Shown: positions 61,481 through 64,000 of the stretch, in pieces
Layout of the letters: each line of letters opens with the position of its first letter
How positions within the stretch are numbered: position 1 is the stretch's first letter
Source of the DNA: Syntrophales bacterium
GTDB taxonomy: Bacteria > Desulfobacterota > Syntrophia > Syntrophales > CG2-30-49-12
DNA: 64,000 nucleotides
Direction: 5' to 3'
NCBI GenBank assembly: GCA_041648505.1
Contig: JBAZOY010000004.1
Span: 7,619-71,618, forward strand
The notes under the pieces: model-generated
Seen by the model: only the letters and a program-made list of their open reading frames with translations
Databases searched by the model: none
What the model was told of the DNA's origin: nothing
Translations under genes and position numbers: made by a program

Positions 61481-63310
61481 TTACAATCTCCGTTCTTCTC
61501 TCAACAAACTTTCCTTCTCAGCCAATAGATGAATACAAAGGTCTCTGTCATTTTCCTCCTCAGCTTTTACGAGCTTCACTCTTAATATTCTGTGTTTCTC
61601 CTTATACCACTTTCGTTTAATCTGTTTTATCGTATCAGCAATGAGCTGATCAATCACCATCTCGTCATAGGGACTTTTATCGATCATCAATTTCAAAAGC
61701 CTCCCCTTAAGAGATTCATTATCCAGACGATCAATGATCAGGAAGGCATCAGGAGATCCTGCCCCGTTTCTAGAAGGAACTCCACGCAATGCTTTACCCA
61801 GGGTACTCAATTCCTCGTTCATGAAGTAATCAAGAACGCCTGTTTCTATGATGGCAGGAATCTTATGAGGGTATTCCAGCATGACATGGATAAGACTTAA
61901 TCCCAACATGTCTACCTTCGCTTTATCAATGCTTGCCTTACCCGTTTTTCGTTCCTGTGAAGTACCGTTTCTTTTCGTGAAAGGAGGAGCCAAAGCTTTG
62001 AGAATTTCTGTCTTCAAGAGTTCCTGGTCAATGCCGAGTTTTTCCCCTACCCTTTTTATAAAGAGATTTCTCTCAAGGGCATCATCAATATTAGCGATAA
62101 AAGAGACGGCTCTATGCACAGCATCGCTCCTGCCTTCAACAGTCCCCCCCTTCTCATCTATGATATTTTCAATATAATAATCAACCATGGACGGGGCATG
62201 ATCAATAATTTCTTCAAGACCTTTTCTGCCATATTTTCTAACGTAGCTGTCGGGATCGTAACCATCGGGAAGAATAACGGCTTTTGTCCGAATGTTTCCA
62301 GCAAGGAACAATTCTATGCTTCGCGCAAGTGCCTTTTTCCCTCCTTCATCAGGATCAAATATGGCAACTATATCCCCCGTATATCGCCTGATCAGTTCAA
62401 CTTGATCCTTCGTCAGTGCCGTTCCAAGGGTGGCAACGACGTTGGTAATACCGGCATTCCAGAGGGCAACCAGATCGAAATACCCCTCAACAAGAACGGC
62501 ATAGCCCTTTTTCCGTATGGCCTCTCTGGTTTTGGCAAGACCGTAAAGATTTCTTCCCTTCACGTATACCGGAGATTCAGGTGAATTGAGATATTTTGGT
62601 TCTCCATCCCCTAAAATCCTTCCGCCAAAAGCGATAACATTGCTCCCCAAATCTTCTATCGGAAAGATTAACCTTCCCCTAAATCGATCATAAAGGTCTC
62701 CTTTATCTGTTTTTATAATCAGGCCTGCCTGTTCGACAAGTTTTAAAGGAACCCCCTTCTTTTCAAAGTAATCTCTGAGGTATTTCCACCCATCCAGGGC
62801 AAACCCGAAACAAAATTCATCAATGAGGGCTGCATTATCTATTCCCCTGTTTCTTAGATATTCCCAGGCACCTTTCCCTGCCGGTGATCGAAGGTTTTTA
62901 GAAAAGTATACTGCCGCCATCTGGTTGACTCTTATAAGCTGTTCCCTGAGAGTGGTACGTTCCTTTTCCTCACGGCTCATGTTCCTCTCCGGGATAACAA
63001 TACCACCCTTTTCAGCTAAATACCTTACCGCCTCGGGATAGGAAATATTGTTTATCTTCATTAAAAAGGTAATAGCATTACCCCCCTCACCACAGCCAAA
63101 GCAGTAAAATATCTGTTTATCGTCACTGACGGTAAAGGAAGGGGTCTTTTCCTTATGAAAAGGACAGAGGCCCAAAAAGTTTCTCCCTGCCTTTTTAAGG
63201 GTGAGATATTCCGAAACCAGACCGACAATGTTCGTCCGGTTTTTAACCTCCTCGATCTTATCTGCCGGGATGTATCCCTTCAACCTACGTTTCCTCAACC
63301 TGTTAGACAT
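61481..63310 (-). CDS. dnaG: DNA primase
   Basis: It has the zinc-binding CPFHKEKTPSF...CFGCGEGGN motif, a TOPRIM domain (VLVEGYFD) and a C-terminal helicase-interaction region. The start could be the ATG at 63310 or the TTG at 63283. Confidence 0.93.
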   Translation of the reverse strand: MSNRLRKRRLKGYIPADKIEEVKNRTNIVGLVSEYLTLKKAGRNFLGLCPFHKEKTPSFTVSDDKQIFYCFGCGEGGNAITFLMKINNISYPEAVRYLAEKGGIVIPERNMSREEKERTTLREQLIRVNQMAAVYFSKNLRSPAGKGAWEYLRNRGIDNAALIDEFCFGFALDGWKYLRDYFEKKGVPLKLVEQAGLIIKTDKGDLYDRFRGRLIFPIEDLGSNVIAFGGRILGDGEPKYLNSPESPVYVKGRNLYGLAKTREAIRKKGYAVLVEGYFDLVALWNAGITNVVATLGTALTKDQVELIRRYTGDIVAIFDPDEGGKKALARSIELFLAGNIRTKAVILPDGYDPDSYVRKYGRKGLEEIIDHAPSMVDYYIENIIDEKGGTVEGRSDAVHRAVSFIANIDDALERNLFIKRVGEKLGIDQELLKTEILKALAPPFTKRNGTSQERKTGKASIDKAKVDMLGLSLIHVMLEYPHKIPAIIETGVLDYFMNEELSTLGKALRGVPSRNGAGSPDAFLIIDRLDNESLKGRLLKLMIDKSPYDEMVIDQLIADTIKQIKRKWYKEKHRILRVKLVKAEEENDRDLCIHLLAEKESLLREERRL

Positions 63311-63325
63311 CAGGGATCAGAGATC

Positions 63326-63371
63326 TGCGAATCAAGATTTTTTTGATAATAACAAAAAATCTTGATTCGCA
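63326..63371. repeat. perfect 18-bp-stem, 10-nt-loop palindrome in the dnaG leader
   Basis: The sequence is TGCGAATCAAGATTTTTT TGATAATAAC AAAAAATCTTGATTCGCA. It is flanked by the 9-bp direct repeat GTTAGACAT at 63302..63310 and 63373..63381. Confidence 0.9.
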
Positions 63372-63431
63372 CGTTAGACATACGCGTAAAACCTGTAACG
63401 TAAGATAAAAAAATCTGCAAATCCGACAAGA

Positions 63432-63782
63432 TCAGACCAGTGTATCTTTGAGGGTGAGTTTCTTATTTCCCAAGACATGCATGTGAAGGTGGTAGACAAG
63501 CTGTCCTCCTTCTTCGTTACAGTTTATTACCGTTCTGAAGCCCTTCTGATCAATGCCCTTAATCCTTGCTACCTCCTGCACGGCATTAACCATGGCACTT
63601 AAGTAATCCCTCTCTCCAGCTCCCACATCCATAAGGGTGGATATATGCTGTTTAGGAATTACAAGAACATGAACTGGGGTTACAGGATGGATATCATCAA
63701 AGGCAAGGGTTTTTTCATCTTCGTAAACTTTACTGCAAGGCATCAGGCCATTGATTATTTTACAAAATATGCATTCCTCCAT
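63432..63782 (-). CDS. HIT-family (histidine triad) nucleotide hydrolase
   Basis: It has CIFCKI near the N-terminus and the HLHMHVLG triad. Confidence 0.9.
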   Translation of the reverse strand: MEECIFCKIINGLMPCSKVYEDEKTLAFDDIHPVTPVHVLVIPKQHISTLMDVGAGERDYLSAMVNAVQEVARIKGIDQKGFRTVINCNEEGGQLVYHLHMHVLGNKKLTLKDTLV

Positions 63783-63834
63783 CTCTTAATCCCTCCATTT
63801 ATTTCTTTTCAAAATCCCCCCTACCCCCCTTTTT

Positions 63835-64000
63835 CAAAGGGAGGAACAAGGTTGCATCTGAACCCCAGCGGCCTTTATGGCATCCTCCAAGGATAAGGCC
63901 CCTGCATAAAGGGCCTTACCAATGATAACGCCGGTTACTCCGAAAGGTTCTATTTCCTTGATCCCCTCTATATCGCGGATACCTGATACACCTCCTGATG
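63835..64000 (-). CDS. hisA: HisA-type ProFAR isomerase, C-terminal fragment (5' part outside the window)
   Basis: The minus-strand frame reads SGGVSGIRDIEGIKEIEPFGVTGVIIGKALYAGALSLEDAIKAA and ends at a TGA (63835..63837). It has no start codon in the window, which is why it is absent from the ORF track. Confidence 0.7.

Overview
This 64-kb window looks like core chromosome of an anaerobic, LPS-containing bacterium. By inference it resembles sulfate-reducing or syntrophic Thermodesulfobacteriota (former Deltaproteobacteria). The pointers are an AhbA/B-type heme gene next to hemL, a split F0-only atp operon, NfnAB, and Flx/Hdr genes with a giant HdrL-type protein. About 60 protein genes are supported. 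They include housekeeping genes (fumA, csp, smpB, ttcA, eno, ptsHI, dtd, guaB, ddl, ribD, hemL, rnhA, rpoD, dnaG, a hisA fragment) and envelope genes (a GT2-GT1 glycosyltransferase, gmhB, waaF, lpxK, a LapA-like protein, a SpoIID-like protein). There is also a MacAB-like efflux cassette, a feoAB/VIT iron locus, a four-subunit 2-oxoacid:ferredoxin oxidoreductase, and atpI/Z/B/E/F'/F. Three RNA genes are visible: tmRNA (tag ADNYDYALAA), type-A RNase P RNA and tRNA-Met(CAT). No CRISPR arrays, rRNA genes or recognisable defence systems were seen. The most notable region is a 12-kb co-directional redox array at 44.6-56.4 kb: HdrL, MvhD, a FlxC-like protein, HdrC, HdrB, FlxB-like and FlxA-like proteins, then NfnAB. 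The rest of the window carries several relics and junction scars. These are a decayed second copy of the eno 3' end on the far side of the efflux cassette, an rpoD whose region 4.2 is degenerate, and an integrase stub beside ssrA. There are also an internally deleted IS1595/IS1016-type relic, a MarC relic, a truncated PAS-GGDEF gene coupled to feoAB, and two long perfect hairpins each bracketed by 9-bp direct repeats.
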